A DNA stretch of 14,615 nucleotides from Candidatus Cryosericum sp. (GTDB lineage Bacteria; Caldisericota; Caldisericia; Cryosericales; Cryosericaceae). Below the pieces are notes generated by a model. It saw nothing but the letters and a program-made list of their open reading frames with translations. It made no database searches and was not told the origin of the DNA. Made by a program: the position numbers and the translations under genes. Location: NCBI GenBank assembly GCA_049699855.1, contig JBNAWM010000007.1, positions 1 to 14,615 of the forward strand. Reading direction: 5' to 3'. Within the stretch, counting starts at the first letter, position 1. Each line of letters begins with the position of its first letter. This document shows positions 13,556-14,615 of this stretch, piece by piece.

Positions 13556-14615
13556 ATCCTGCGATCAAGTTCAGCCCCTGGATGATGCGAGGCGATGGGC
13601 GGAAGATGTAATCGCCGGGAATCTCATACACCTGTCCCTTCTTGACAGCGGTTACCGTTGCGAACGCTGTCCGTCCAGTAACGTCGCCCGCTCCCATGCC
13701 GGAGGCAACAATGATGATCTCCGGGTTACGGCTGATGACAAACTCTTCTGACAAGACTGGCCAGGCAGTGTTGGTGTCATCGCCGATATTTGTTCCACCT
13801 GCGACCGCAATGAGATCTGACAGGAACGTGCCTTTGCCCGCGCTCATGAGGGGGCTGTTCCAGATCTCCACGTAGACCGGTGGCTTGCGGGGCAGTTTCT
13901 TTGCTGCTGTGGCGACCTTCTCGATCGATCGGTGCATGGAGAGTGCCACTTCGAAGCCGCGGTCTGCCACGCCCAGCACCACCGCCTCTGACCGGATTGC
14001 CTCCACGATGCCAGTGAGAGTCTTGGGGTCATCAGCATACACATTGCGGCCCATCTTCCGGAGCTGCTCCACCACCGAGAGGGGAGTGCCATTCGTCACC
14101 AGGATCACGTCAGGTGAAAGGACCAAGAGTTTCTCCAGCGAAGGATTCGTAAAAGCGCCAACCGTGGGGATCTTCGTCGCCTGCTCCGGGTAGTCGGTGT
14201 ACTCGGAGGTAGCAATGATATTGCTGCCCTGACCGAGCGCGAAACAGTTCTCTGCAAGGTTGGGGGCCAAGGTTACGATGCGCATGTGCCCGGCCTTGGC
14301 AGGAAAGGTATCATGCTGATACCCAAGGACATCCTGCATCGTAGATGGGATCTGAAGGACAATGGAGGTCAGCCCGCTTCGGGTGGAGACCGTCAGCGTG
14401 CCGCCAGCTGCCCTGACGTAGTCGCCAAGGACATCATCCGAGAAGTACAGCGTTCCGGTTCTGCCTGCAGTGCGGAACAGGTCACCTCGCACTGATGATG
14501 CATACGTGCTGTCGATGAGGGTTCCGGAACCAAGTTCATATGCACCGGCCACGGGGCCAAGCGCAAAGTAGACGGTCTTGCCGGATGGCTCGAATCGTAC
14601 CACGCCCCCGGCTGC
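13530..14615 (-). CDS. Substrate-binding protein, BtuF/FecB (helical-backbone) family, with an N-terminal extra domain; 5' end beyond the right edge
   Basis: RIVTLAPNLAE, TDYPEQA, VGAFTNPSLEKLLVLSPDVI, SAGKGTFLSDLIAVAGGTNI, WPVLSEE...NPEII, AVKKGQVY, RPSPRI match BtuF-like binding proteins. The frame is open from the GTG at 14603 to the window edge (GCA GCC GGG GGC GTG), so the true start is probably outside. Confidence 0.88.
   Translation of the reverse strand, partial: AAGGVVRFEPSGKTVYFALGPVAGAYELGSGTLIDSTYASSVRGDLFRTAGRTGTLYFSDDVLGDYVRAAGGTLTVSTRSGLTSIVLQIPSTMQDVLGYQHDTFPAKAGHMRIVTLAPNLAENCFALGQGSNIIATSEYTDYPEQATKIPTVGAFTNPSLEKLLVLSPDVILVTNGTPLSVVEQLRKMGRNVYADDPKTLTGIVEAIRSEAVVLGVADRGFEVALSMHRSIEKVATAAKKLPRKPPVYVEIWNSPLMSAGKGTFLSDLIAVAGGTNIGDDTNTAWPVLSEEFVISRNPEIIIVASGMGAGDVTGRTAFATVTAVKKGQVYEIPGDYIFRPSPRIIQGLNLIAGYVQRAAQP

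Noticed and set aside
1..14615. tRNA/rRNA genes, CRISPR arrays, transposases, integrases or att sites
   Set aside because: None recognised; intergenic gaps are short and contain no repeat-spacer or cloverleaf patterns.

Overview
GC-rich bacterial window with three blocks. (1) 1-4571, minus strand: a type I restriction-modification locus, hsdR - KilA-N-domain gene - hsdM. hsdM runs off the left edge and is absent from the ORF track. (2) 4785-8417, plus strand: cobO/btuR-type corrinoid adenosyltransferase, an EamA/DMT transporter and a long-form urocanate hydratase, ending at a bidirectional terminator. (3) 8566-14615, minus strand: a BtuFCD/FecBCD-type ABC importer (binding protein truncated at the right edge), a NifS/IscS cysteine desulfurase, a NifU/IscU-like protein lacking its first Cys, and a two-gene unit of a compact ParB/Srx-fold SerK-like putative free-serine kinase overlapping a CysM-type (probably O-phosphoserine) sulfhydrylase. 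The most interesting signal lies just upstream of that unit. An unannotated, apparently leaderless 20-aa ORF (MTYMAMYTCTCETQHTEGHR) has a 3' end that can pair with the 5' arm of a strong intrinsic terminator. This is the geometry of a ribosome-mediated, cysteine-sensing attenuator, here controlling a predicted Ser -> O-phosphoserine -> Cys pathway. All functional calls come from motif recognition by eye; no database searches or folding programs were run.
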